Below the pieces are notes generated by a model that had not been told where the DNA came from, searched no databases, and was given only the letters and a program-made list of their open reading frames with translations. Positions 63,956 through 64,000 of a stretch of DNA of 64,000 nucleotides are shown here, one piece after another. Position 1 is the first letter of the stretch. Each line of letters starts with the position of its first letter. Position numbers and translations under genes: made by a program. The stretch covers positions 39,168 to 103,167 of the forward strand of contig JBBTCT010000036.1 of assembly GCA_038060895.1 (NCBI GenBank), given 5' to 3'. Source of the stretch: Planctomycetota bacterium (GTDB lineage: Bacteria > Planctomycetota > MHYJ01 > WSZJ01).

Positions 63956-64000
63956 ATGGGATGAGAAGGCCGACCTCCGTTCGCGAAGTACCCTCTCGGG

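Overview
A GC-rich bacterial window, probably from a Planctomycetota-like genome. This is inferred from the ASPIC/UnbV (CRTAC1-like) paralogs, a planctomycete-type ECF sigma factor with Ser/Thr kinases, and TIGR03790. Housekeeping genes include miaB, ribD, ligA, larC, polX, priA, purC, ruvC and clpB, plus several signalling genes. The main finding is hidden from the ORF track. Three tandem ~1,120-1,165 aa membrane-anchored FG-GAP/ASPIC-UnbV-thioredoxin(CxxC)-TPR paralogs (3099-13347, with the tail of a fourth at 1-1007) are each interrupted by an in-frame TGA at the identical position (APDY-TGA-TxFWRQV). Each TGA is followed 10 nt later by a 17-nt hairpin carrying CAGGT, resembling the E. coli fdhF SECIS. 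A separate gene (35167-36651) has an in-frame Cys-TGA in a selenoprotein N-like context, also with a hairpin 10 nt downstream. These look like four selenoproteins split by standard gene calling. No selA/B/C/D is in the window, so Sec insertion is inferred. The intergenic regions also carry low-complexity inverted-repeat elements, a sigma-54 promoter before clpB and several leaderless-type promoters.
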